Part shown: positions 9,958 through 21,900 of the stretch, in pieces
How positions within the stretch are numbered: position 1 is the first letter of the stretch
Layout: every line of letters starts with the position of its first letter
From: Chara braunii
Taxonomy: Eukaryota > Plantae > Charophyceae
DNA length: 44,542 nucleotides
Direction of reading: 5' to 3'
Assembly: GCA_003427395.1 (NCBI GenBank)
Contig: BFEA01000019.1
Coordinates: forward strand, 3,665,378-3,709,919
Translations under genes and position numbers: made by a program
Notes under the pieces: generated by a model
The model's database searches: none
What the model saw: the letters and a program-made list of their open reading frames with translations, nothing else
Told to the model about the DNA's origin: nothing

Positions 9958-12900
9958 ATGCCGGAGGAGGAGGATGGGAGAGGTGGAGAAAGAAGACGAG
10001 GAAAGAGCCGGCGAAAAGCCTGCACATGTTTATGCGCTCCATTAGATGAACAATGTGCAAGTTCCCCCTGCTCATCTCCCTGCTCCCCCCCAGTCGAGAA
10101 AGAAAAGAACCGGAGATGGGAGAGGGAGAAGAAGACGACGAAGAAGAAGAAGAAGAAAAGAGGTGATCTTGTAGACGGCGAAAATGGCAAGGAGCTCCAG
10201 CGCAGGTCGGAAGGTGATGCCTTATGGCGATCGTCTTCGTCTGCTGGTGGAAGACGAGGAGGTGATAAAGTGGAAGAGGGACAAGCGGTCCAAAAGGAGG
10301 TGGAAAGGAACGATCACATCTCTCAACCTCCTCCTCCTCCTCCTCCTCCTCCTCCTCCTGTCTGTGCGCAGTGGCGGCAACAACAGATTTTGACAGACGA
10401 AAACAAGAATTATGACAGAGGAGAGGCTCATGGCGACATAGGCAGATATGGCTCATCCCCCGCAGCAGAAAGGATTGAGTTGAGGAAATTGAGCAGACAA
10501 AAGGGCATGAGGTTCAGTCCAGAAGTCTTAGCTTTATGTGGAGGAAGGCAGAGAAAGGGAGACGTCAACAGAGACTGTACTAGGAGGAGTAAACGTGGAA
10601 CTAGTACCCGACGACACCACCGTCATCATGACGAGTGCTTGCCATTCAGTGATATATCGTCCGTAGCTCCCGACAATGAAGACGAGGAGGTGATGAGCAG
10701 CACGTCTGGGGAGGATTACGGTTGTTGGAAGATACCTGCTTCTCCTCTCCCTGTCGCCCTTCCTCCTCCTTTTCCTCCTTCTCCTCCTCCTCCTACTCCC
10801 CCCCCCCTTCGTCCTCCTCCATGTGCTCCTTCTCCTCCTCCCCCTCCTGCTGCTGCTCCTCCTCCTCCTCCTCCTCCTCCATTGCCACTACGCAGAGTGC
10901 CTGTGACCACTGCTCCTGCTGCTGCTGCTGGAGGTGAACATGGATGTGAACCTCAATCTGGAAGAGCTTCAGTGAGCGTTAAGAAGCCAACAAAGCGCTG
11001 GAACCAATCCCCGGACAGGAGGTCAGTGGTAGGGGGAGTTAGTGAAGGTGTCTCTTCATTGTCCAGAAGTGGCAGCCAGTGGTCTTTGCCTGACGAAGGA
11101 GCCATCTTTGTTGATGACAATGATTGGGAGGAAGGACAAAATTTGCACGACAGTGATCGGGAGGACGAACAAAATTCGCACATCGTTTCACAGAAAGGAC
11201 AAAATGCATGGGAAAAGGTCTCAGCTTGGATGGATAGGGAGAAGAAGGATGGGAGTAAGGGAGAAGACACTGGGCAGGAGTTTGAATCGCTGCCACCCCA
11301 AACTCAGTGTGCCAAATCAAGCCTTGGTAATAAGATGGGAACGAACTCCAGAGACGATGAGCAGGGCAGCAGTGACAGTTGTAGTGGCTGGGAAGAAACA
11401 ATAAATCACCCCCCTTTGAGTGGAGGGGGATTGTCAAAGGCAGGATTTGACGCTTGGGAGAAGGTGTCGATTTGGATATCGAGGGACAAAGGAGATGGAG
11501 GAGATGGAGGAGATGGAGGAGGGGAGAGGAAGGAGGAGGGAGAGGAGGATGACAAGCGGCGTGAAAGTAAGCTGTCTGCAGTTCGGGATCGTGATCAAGA
11601 AGCCAGTAGGTTGGAACACTACTCCGGTAACCGGGACAAGGGACCGGTTGGAAGCGGCGTTGAGGCATCCAAAACGTCTTCTGACTGGACGTCTGACTCT
11701 TCTCATGAGGTTCAACAGATGCTACACAACGAAAAGGAGGGGAACGTTTCGAGGCGGAGTACACCCAAGTCGAGAAACGGTAGTTTCTTCAGGAATGGTA
11801 GTACGGGGGTGGTCGCGGAAAGCACAGGCTGGCTTGAGGGTGCCCTCCGCGAAAGTAAGAGTCGGAAGCTGGAGAAAGAGGGTCTGAGAGCACCTTGCCC
11901 CCACTGTGCACCTCCAGAGAGGGAAAAGATAGCTGGCAGTGGACTCAGTAAACAACAGGATGTTGCTGGTGAGGAGGAGTGGGAGGCGTGGCAACTGGGT
12001 CCAATATCGGCTTGGGCCCGCCCAGGCTTTTCCTCCTCGCCATCGCTGTCCCTTTCTGCGTCTGCTTCTTTTTCTTCTTCTCCCACCTCTTCGATGGTCT
12101 CCTCATCAGCAGTTCAGTCAAGGTGTGCCGCAAGCGCTGCTCAATCACCTTGTTCATCAGTGCGCAAGAATGACAAGAGTCCAAGACATATGCGTATTCC
12201 CTCCAAGGATCAAAGTCGAAGCTCCTCGTTGTGGTCTCCCTACCGGGCTACTGCTCCACAGAGGGATACCACTTATGATGTAATGACCAATGCTCTGTCA
12301 CACGCTGGTACTGATGGCTTGGCTGGTCCTAGGGAAGAGAGATTGCGGCTTGCCATTCCTGTTCCTGCTGGTGGAAACGCTTTGAGTCGAGATCTTAGTA
12401 GTTTGACGAAAGAGGATGTACTTCTTGCTCCACCTACCCTAGGGGAGAAACCTAATGCCAGGGACATGGACGATAGGTCCTGTGATCGTAGCACTCCTTT
12501 CCCAAGGGAGGAGGCAAGTTCAACTTATGACAATGATTGTTGTACCAATAACACACACAAGATGTTGAAAGGCTTAGAGGAGAAGAAAGAAGAAGAGGAG
12601 GAGGAGGAGCGAAGGAGGAAATGGGGAAGAGAAAGGATCACTCGATGGACCCTTAGAGCCGAAATGCTTCAATCTGCCCTAAAAGCCGAGAAGGTTCAGT
12701 CTGCCAAGTTCTCTCCTGAGCCTAGGGGTAAGGTTGTCCCATCATTCAAAGATGCCCATAGTGCCTATGGCGGAAGTGAAAGCTTGACTGGTCGGTTTTG
12801 GGACGACCGTGTTCAGACGACATGCAATTCTTCAATGGATGAGAGTGAAGTCCGGGTTTACCAGAAGGATCACAATCGTCTTGAAATGCGATTCCAGGCT

Positions 12901-15900
12901 TGGAAAGAACAAAGGGAGAAGGCATTATTAGTTCAGGATTCTAAGTTGGGACCCCCTCCACCTACTTCAAGCCTAGAGTTAGTGGGAGAAGATCTGGCAG
13001 CACAGGGCAGGGGCGATACGGGAGGGTACGTGATTAGCCATCATCACTCTGTTTCAAGTCGGAAGAACAACGATCCTGGCGAGGAATCATGTGAAGATTC
13101 ATCTGTCACAAATTGTGTGGGGGCCCTGCACACAGGAAGCCACCTGAGGGACCAGCTGGAGGCTAGTCGCACACAAACACTCTCTGAGGGCAATCATCAA
13201 TGCTCACAGCTGCAGAAGCCTTCTGTCTGGCAGCAGCCTATCTCCCAGGAGACTATCACCAAGCAAATCGATGGAGGCGCATCTCGCAAACCGTCAAAGG
13301 ACGCTGTGAGTTGTAAAAAAAGCAGTAGTGGTACCTCTTGTTTTAGGGGCAGTAGTTCTAGCACTGGTGATGACATCAACAGTAGTACTAATAACAGTGA
13401 ATCTGAGTCTGGGGTAATCAGCTGGAAGGCTGATTCAGCAAATTTATATGCTGGTTCAAGTTTAGGCAGGTGGAGAGAGGAGGTAGGAGGAGAGGAAAGA
13501 ACAACGACGATTCCATTCTCTCCATTATTTGCAGCAGCAGCGGAGGAGGAGGAGGACGGCGAAGAAGAGACGGTGGATGCGGAGGAGGAAAAAGAGTTGA
13601 AGGAGGAGGAGGAAGAAAAGGAGGAGGAAGAGGAGGAAGGAGAGGACCTAGAAGAGGAGAGTAAGGTAAAGGAGGCAGCTACCTGTTGTGTGTTCCCTCC
13701 TCTATCGGAAATGGAGGAAGGAGGCACCAGATACAGTAAACAAGTTCAACTGCAGATTGCCAAACAGCCAGACTGTGACAGCACGGGAAGTCTGATATAT
13801 CAGTCCCAGTTGACCGAGGATGATGATGACGGTAATCATGGTGGTGTTGACGAGGGTGGCTATGGTGATCATGATGGTGATCATGATATCAATGATGATG
13901 GAGATGATGATGCTGATGATGCTGATGCTGATGATGACGGTGGCTCAGTGATACTGAATATAGAGTCCCATTTTCCACCATGTGTTGTTTACGGGTCAAC
14001 CAGTGAAACAACCACAAGACAGAGTATTGAGAGGATGAATGACTGGGGGATAGAGAAGCCTGCTCCTGGAGTTTTAAACAGTTCGGAATCAATGAGAGTA
14101 GTTATCAATAGATGTCAGGAGGACTGGAAGTCTATCAACGGGAATGAGGTCGTAGAGGACTACTCACTGTTGAAGGGGTACGTTGAGCTTCAAGCTCGGG
14201 ATGCAGGAGACACATACTCAGAATGTTGTTACTCAGCTGCGGAGGAGGTTAAGGAGTGCTTACCCTTGTCACTGAGGGAGGAGCTGGAAATGAATGCCTC
14301 AGACTCTCAGGATTCTTCTGCGACAGTGGAGAGGTGGAGGCGTGATGCCACTGCACGCCCTGCTGTTACGGCTTTGGAGAAGAAATGTGCTGCTGTCGCC
14401 GAGGTAAAGCTTCCCGAAATGTGCGTAAGTCACAAGAGAAGAATAGAGGACGACTGTCGAAGTAATGTGCCAGAGGAGGAGTACAATCCTGACCAGCCAT
14501 GGCAGTTACCGTTCATTGTCCACTTAACCTCTGATACGCAGAGAGCTGAGAAGGGCGACGTTCGCTACTCTGGAAAGGAAGCCGCACTCAGTGTTGGTGA
14601 TGGGCATCATGTCGTGGACGAGGGAGAAGCCTTGAAAGAGAGGGTTGCCACTGCGGAGGGTTCTTTGAGGAAAACCATGGTGGAAGAGAGGAGGAAGAAG
14701 TCCTCTCCAAGAGAAACGATAGGAAAACTCGATCCCGCTGCACAAGCTCTGAACGGTACAGTTTGTGTGGCGTCATCATCGCAGAGAAATGCTCTGCCCA
14801 AGGATGTGCAGAAAGCTGGTCATCTAAGCACAGATTCGAACCTAACGATTCATCCATGGAGAGAGGTTCACTATGATATTGTACTGCCTCTGTCAGCAAT
14901 GCAGGGACCACCAGCAATGCGGGGACCACCTCCACCTCCTCGCCGTCAGGAGGAAGAGTGCATCATTGCAACAGCCCCTCCGCTGAGAACAGCTGCTCTG
15001 GACAGGCACTCACCGGTTATCATGAACACATCATCCGCAGTGGCTTTGCTTCAGAATCTGACGGACGAAGATATCTGTGACATCCCAACAGGAGAGTCGA
15101 GAGAGGGAAAGGGTAGTCATTCACGCTGTTTGGGACGGGAAAAAGATGCTCGAAGAGGGCTCATGTCTATTTCCCTACCCAGCTCCTCTTCCACCTTCAC
15201 CTGCACGTCCATCTCTGTCTCGACTTCCATATCCAGCTCCACATGCAGCTCCACTTCAAGCGCGTTTCAGGTGGTGACGATCGATGCAGATAAGCGAGCG
15301 ACAAAGAAGAAGAAGATCGGTGCAGATGAGTTTCAGGTGAAAGCCATGGATGCAGAGAAGCGGGTGACGACGAAGAAGAAGAAGAAGATCAGTGCAGCTA
15401 GTTTGAGTGATTATCTTTTTGAAGATGTTAACCTTAATTTGCAGCAATGTCCTTCACTGCATGCAGAGTCTATTGCTGCTGCCGTTTCAGAAGTCAATAG
15501 CAGCATACTCTTAGAGAATGAGTGTATCAGAGGTTATAATGATAGGCTTTTGGCTGGGACAAAATTGGGAATAGAGACTGCTATTCCTCCGGCAGTTGTG
15601 GGCCCTTGGGCAGAAGAGGCAGATGTCAGGCTCCACAGCTGTCAGATGGGAGACTTAGGATGCAGTGGTCACTTCTGCCAAGATAGGGACAACCATGAAA
15701 TCTCGAGCGAGCAATCAGTAAACCAGACGTCAGAAAAAGATGTAAGAGGGAAGACTACAACCCACCGGTTATCGCTGCATGTGGACTTTGAGCAGACAAG
15801 GCAGGAGAAGTCCGACGAAGACAGAACAATGGTTCCAGTCGTCTTAGAGGCAACGCGCCGCTTATCACCTCAGACCTTAACTGACGATAGTCATGTCCTA

Positions 15901-18900
15901 TGTCAATCCGCAGTGGACTGTCGAGAGACATCTACGTCGGATACGGAGCAGAAGTATCTCGGCCGCCATTCACATTTGCATGTGGAATCTATGGATGATA
16001 ATGAGACAGCTTTACACATCCCGACGGAGGCACCTGCAATCATCAGCAAAGTTTGTGCCAATGCTGCAGATGTTCGAGCTGGAAATGATACGCCTTTGCA
16101 GTCACTGTCTGTACTGTATGAACTGGTTGATATGTCAGCCAGAGAGAACTCGATCAAGAGACTATGTTTGTTAGAAGAAAAGAATGATGTAGGAACGGCA
16201 TGGGAAAGGGTCCAGATCCCTCTGGTCAATCACAACGGTGACGTTCTGGAGCTATCCTTGGGTGGGGAGAGAGAGGAGGTTTCTGAGTCCTGGCATGATG
16301 GGCAAGAAGGTCCCTCCATGTTTCCAGATTCAGAAGAATGCGACATGGTCATCAATGAGGACAGTGAGAAGGAGAAAGAGTCTATGCATGGCCAGGGTAC
16401 GATCCCATGTTCCCTGGCCATGGCAGATGCTCAAGAAGAGCAGGAGCTATCTGATCGAAAAGATGAGTACAACATGCTGGATATTTCAGAGGAAAAACAG
16501 GACAAGTTGCAGCAGCAGCAGCAACAGACGGAGGAGGAGAAGGAACAGCAAGATGGGAAGGAGGAGGCGGACAAGAACAACGAGGTGGAGGATCAGTGCG
16601 TTTCAATGAAGGAGAAGTTTGCAGGGCCATCAGGAACCAGTCTATGGCTTTCCTTGGACACTCGTGCTTCAGAGACCTTTACAGCAATTCCACGGAAGAG
16701 TGACAGTGTGGTTCTCTCTTCAGAGAATGATGATTTTGTGTGTCCAGAGCCAGTTTTTTCTGAGGGAAGGCAAGAGAGTCAGTGGGGGGAACTAAGCTGC
16801 CTCTCCATTCCACTTGTACATGACAACTACATGGAGACCTGGACAATTCTCCTAGATGGGCAACATGCAGGGGTTGATGCCAGAAGCGCAAGCCTGATGC
16901 CAGAACACAGTGTGCTTCCTCTGGAATTGGGCGAAAGCAGAGCAGTGCAACTGGAGGCGGAGGGGGAGGTGGTGGAGAGAGTGATCGTCTCATCTGAACA
17001 GGGAGCTCCTTCCATGACAGGGACTCAACTGGTGCGGGAGAATGCTCCCGCGGTTTTAGTGGATTACGATGGCCTGCTACGTTCAAATTGCTCAGGTCGT
17101 CCTTTTGCCGATGCAGTGGGAACGTTCTCACCGCTATTATTTCCAAGTTCAGAAAGGAGAATGAACTTTGAGGAGAATGGTACTCCTCCAATTGACCATG
17201 CCAACACCACTCCCTTTATTATGGGCTTAAGCGACTCTTATGAATCTTGGAGGGAGCCGTCTCCTGAACCTGCCAAGCCGTTATCTCGACAGAGTCTCGC
17301 AAGCGAAGGGCAACAGAAGAAGGGTTCCGATACGCTAGAGGAGAACAAGGCTGAGGTTGATCTGTGGGACGAAGCGGATGGACATGTGGTATCTCAGCTG
17401 GCTCTTGTCGAGAGCGGGGAACAGTTGGTTGATCTGAGAGGCCAGTTTGCCAGGGATAGTGGGGAGAGGACGGAAACGTCAGGTCTGATCATGACCTTGG
17501 CTGCTCCATTGCATGTCCCGGATTCTGAACGTGATGGTATGAACTCAGAGACTCCTGATGACAGAGCGTGTGTGGCCAGGGTGGAAGAGGATGATGATGA
17601 TAAAGGCTATGATGGGCCACTACTTTCAGGAGGGAAGGGAGGGAAGGGGAGCATCCGGTCTGTGCCAACGGCTACCAAGAAAGAGGACCGTGGCACTGTC
17701 CATGCGGAGCATGAACAGAAGTGCTTAGTGCCTGGACCAGAACCACCACGTTGCGAGGAATCAATGGAAATAGAGAGATGGAACGTTCCCGCTAACGAGG
17801 ATGGCACCATGACGGAGGAGATGGTCCAAGAGTTTGCCTGTCTCAGGGGTGGAGGTGAGACAGATGTGTACATTCCAGTTGCTTGTGTTGATGCAACAGC
17901 CTTGTTAGGAGATGATAAGGGACCTGGGTTTAGCGGTGGCGAAGAGGATGCTCGGTCTCATGTGTTACCTGCAGAGGATGAGAGTTGTGTGACCACTGGT
18001 GCCCCTCCAAACTGTGATGATGGTTCTAACTTCAGCTTGCTACAGGTCACAGCGACTACGAGGAGTGATGCACATGTTCCGACTATATCTGGGGAGGTGC
18101 AAGGTGACGCTACCGGTGCCCCTGATGTTCAGGTTCAGGTTCATGTTCACAGTCATGAATCAGTTGGTGCCGTTGACAAGGCCTCTAAGGCCATGACAAG
18201 CTCGTGCGATTCCATTAGGCTTATGGCGATGAATAGCGGTTTCGTGGTTCATGAGGACATCTCAGTGCTGCCAAAATCAGCTGTAGTCGATCCCCAGAAG
18301 GGGACCATGGAGCTAGTGCCTATGGAGACTGGAGAGAACAGAAGCTCCTTTGAAGGAGAGGAGCAACACCTATCGAGTGTGCTACTACAAAAGAGAAAAG
18401 CTGCAACGGAGGTGGACCTGCAGCCTGTTTTTGAAGAGAATGTAGTGCTACGCTCAGTGGGCGAAGGTAGTATGCAAACTTCATTTTTCACTTCCTCTGT
18501 GACAGATCAAGGCAGGCGCACTCTCATAGCAGATTGTGTAAGCGGGGACAACGGGCCCTCTGGTGACCAGGCAATGCACAGGGGCATTGGCAGCAGGGAG
18601 AGGGCGACGGTGTGGGAGACATCAGTTCTTATGCCTGAAGGAAAGGTGGAAAAGGATGTTGTAGATGTGATGGTGACTCAAGCAAGCTCGTTCGGAGACA
18701 ACGCTGCAGTTTCAAGTGAGAAAGGTAACCTCTTACTAGGAGGAGAGAGGAGTGTGGCAACCCAGAGTCTTATACTTAGGAGGCAGGAGGATACCATATC
18801 CGAGACAGGCGTTCGTTCACTCCCAGTAGAGAGTAGTTTATCAGTCCCTCGCATGCAGAAGGCGGGAGACGTTGGTGGACAATCCTTACCAAATGGTGGT

Positions 18901-21900
18901 GGACAGTCCTTGTCAAATGGGGAACCTCAAGGGGTGTCAATGAAACACTGTGAAGAAGGGCTTTCTCCAGCGGATGACAAAGAGGTATCGGTTGTTTCGT
19001 TGCGAAGTCGCATGGTCGAGCTAAAGGCCAGCTTCTCGGATCGGATGGAGGACTCGGTTCTTCTGCCAGATGGAAGGCAGGGTTCCCTCGCTGACACCGG
19101 AGGCCCAACTCCTTCGCCGCGTTTTGCTGATGCTGTCGACTGCATAAGCAGTCGAGAGGAGGGCTCTAACGTGTCTGCTTCAATGCATGTTACTGCAAGT
19201 CCTTTGCCTTACAAGCATGGCAATCTGGAAAGGCGAAGAGAGGCCGGCAAGGACCGTTCGGTCCGAGGAGAGATCTCGGGACAATCACATCCCATTTCAA
19301 AAGAAGATCTGAATGGCTATAGTGTTATGTTGTTGGGCACCGATGCGATGGATGTACCAGATGATCGACGTCTTCCTCCAGAAGAGGAGAAGCCTGCATC
19401 AAATGTTATGGAGGTGGTGGAGAAGGAACAGACTAGTACTCCGGTGAAGACCCCAGTTCTTCCCTCTGAGCACACTACTTCTTTGGAAGTCGGTGCCATT
19501 CTTTTGTCTGCAGATCAGTCGGCGGCGACCGCACATGCTAATGCATCTGGCTCTCATAACGATGAAGAAGATACTGCCCATTTCAAATCCAGTCTACTGC
19601 AGCCTAGTTATAGCAGCCTTGAGCATTTTGTGCTTTCGGCGGCTGACATTTTGAAGGGCAGCGGACTTACAAGTGATCAGACAAAACTTACAAAAGCCTC
19701 GCCTCATGTTACTGCGTTCGAGATGGATGATGGGACAAATGCTGGTGCTGCGCAGTCCAAATGCTTTGTTGTGCTCTCCTCATCGACAATTTCAAGCGCC
19801 AAAGGCTGTGGGATCGGCAGCGACGCGAAGGACGTTCTCAATCCTGTTTCCTGCTCACCGAACTCCAAAAATACGTCATCGAATTTGGAGAACTCGGACG
19901 ATACTCCATTGCCTTCAGCAAAAAATGTCAAACTTGCTGCATTAAAAAACGTGGAAGATGGTGCATGGGATTCAGTGGATGCAGAAAATGACGTATCGGA
20001 TGCTCTGTATTCCATCATCCAACGCTCGCAGCGTTTGAACGACGAGTGCAATGTTGAGCGGTTTCTGCTGTCAGCGGTCCATGTGTCAGAGGGAGGAAAT
20101 CAGGCTGCAAGGGATCAAGGTTCAGACGGCCAGAATCATGACAGTAATGTGGTTTCTGTCTTCACTGCCAACGTGGAGGGCAGCTCTAGCAGCCTAGTCG
20201 CTTCAGGACATAAGGGGAAAGAGGATGCAGGATCATCGTCGATGTCACTGAACAAAGTGATGTTCGCAAGGCCTGCAGGGGAAAGTGAGGCCAGAGGAGG
20301 AGGTCGACGTTGGACGATGGAATGGGGAACAAAGGGTGCTCTGGCTTCTCGTGGGGGGATTTCACTGCCAGAGGACTGGGAATTCACTGAAGAATCTATT
20401 TTGCGGGCCCTTGAGATGGGACAGCAGCTAGTGCAGTCGTTGCAAAAGGCACTGGATGAGGAGCGGAATCTAGTCAAGTCGCTGCAGAAGTCACTTTCCG
20501 AAGAGCAAATGCTTGTGGAGCAATTAAGGGCAATGCTCGGGCGGGATTACAACGACCCCAATGCACAGCAGGACTTGGCTGGTTCTATGCGCACCATATC
20601 GGCAGCACCAGCAGAACCCAGTGATGATCAACCTTCTGAGATGACATCAGGGCCCGGCCACGACCTCTATGGCGGTCAAGAGGACATGGTCGAGCTTGCG
20701 GAGAATGTAAAAGAAAGTGTTCCCGAGAACCTTGAAATCGACCTCCACGATCAAGCGCTTGGTCCGGTAGAGGAAGCTGAAGCTGAGAACGAAGCAGCAG
20801 CAAAAAAACAAGTGTCAAAATTTCCACCTGAGAATGAGGATGGGGATGAACAGCTGCCAAGGAGTACGCTGAAGCATGCATTAGAAAACAAGTACGAGAC
20901 TTGGGAGACTTCTTCTTGTGGTCCCAGTGTTCCACCAAAGGGTCATCCGGAAACAGCGAACTCATCACAGAATGTGGACTTGGCAGAGACGGCAGATGGA
21001 GAAGTAGTTACCGGGGTTCATTCTGTGGAGCCAGGTCCCGAAACCAGCTCTCCGAAGGTCCAGGAAGAAAAAGAGCGCTGCGTAACCAAAGAACCTGAGC
21101 TAAGCGTTCAAGATGATCTCCTGAAGTGCGAAGCGTTTGCAGTAAAGGTGGCGGAGGATGACGAGCCGGAGCCATCAGATGGGACGGAGATAGATCCCCA
21201 AGCTGATACCTCGGTAGACATAAGTGCAGGTGACCCGATAGAGAGGGATCATGCAGCCTTGATTTCGTTGGGAAGATCTGGGCCGATACTTGACCCGATC
21301 GAGCCAGAAACAAACAAGTTGATGATGACTGCGCCAACCAAGGTACGAGGGCTTGCAGAGCACTGCCACTCCGAACAGGCACTCCCTGGAGAGGAAGAAG
21401 ATACCATATCTGTGCCATCTGGTAAACGAGGAGATACTCTGGAAGGTGCCATGGACGAGGAGGAGGATCAGCTGGAGCCTTGGCAAGGCAGAGAACCGTC
21501 CGAGGGAGAGAGTTTTGAAGAGTTACCTTTGAGAAAGGAAGAGGGTGAAGCCCTAGAAGTCGGCAAAGAAGGAAATGATCTGGAATTGTCACAGGCTGGG
21601 GGTGCAAGCGAAGAGTCAAGGGAGCTCTTGCGTGCAGAAAAAGAGCAATGGTCGCATCTACAGACCCCGGACCTCGTCGGAAAGGATGCGATGGACTCTC
21701 TGTCTTTGAAGGAGGTGACCCTGAGCGTTGAGTGGCCATCGATGGAGGAGGTCGAGGAGGTCGATCAGTTTGTTTTGCAAGACGACGAGGATCAGCGGTT
21801 GCCTACGGAGACATGTGACACTGTTGGGAACAACATGACTGACTCCCCATCATTGCAGGACTTGGAGGAGGCAATAATCTTGGAATTCCTGGACTGGCAG

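Noticed and set aside
10324-10890. Formin, myosin or ASPM assignment for the giant protein
   Set aside because: No recognisable FH2, motor (P-loop GESGAGKT) or calponin-homology domain, and only two clear IQ motifs.
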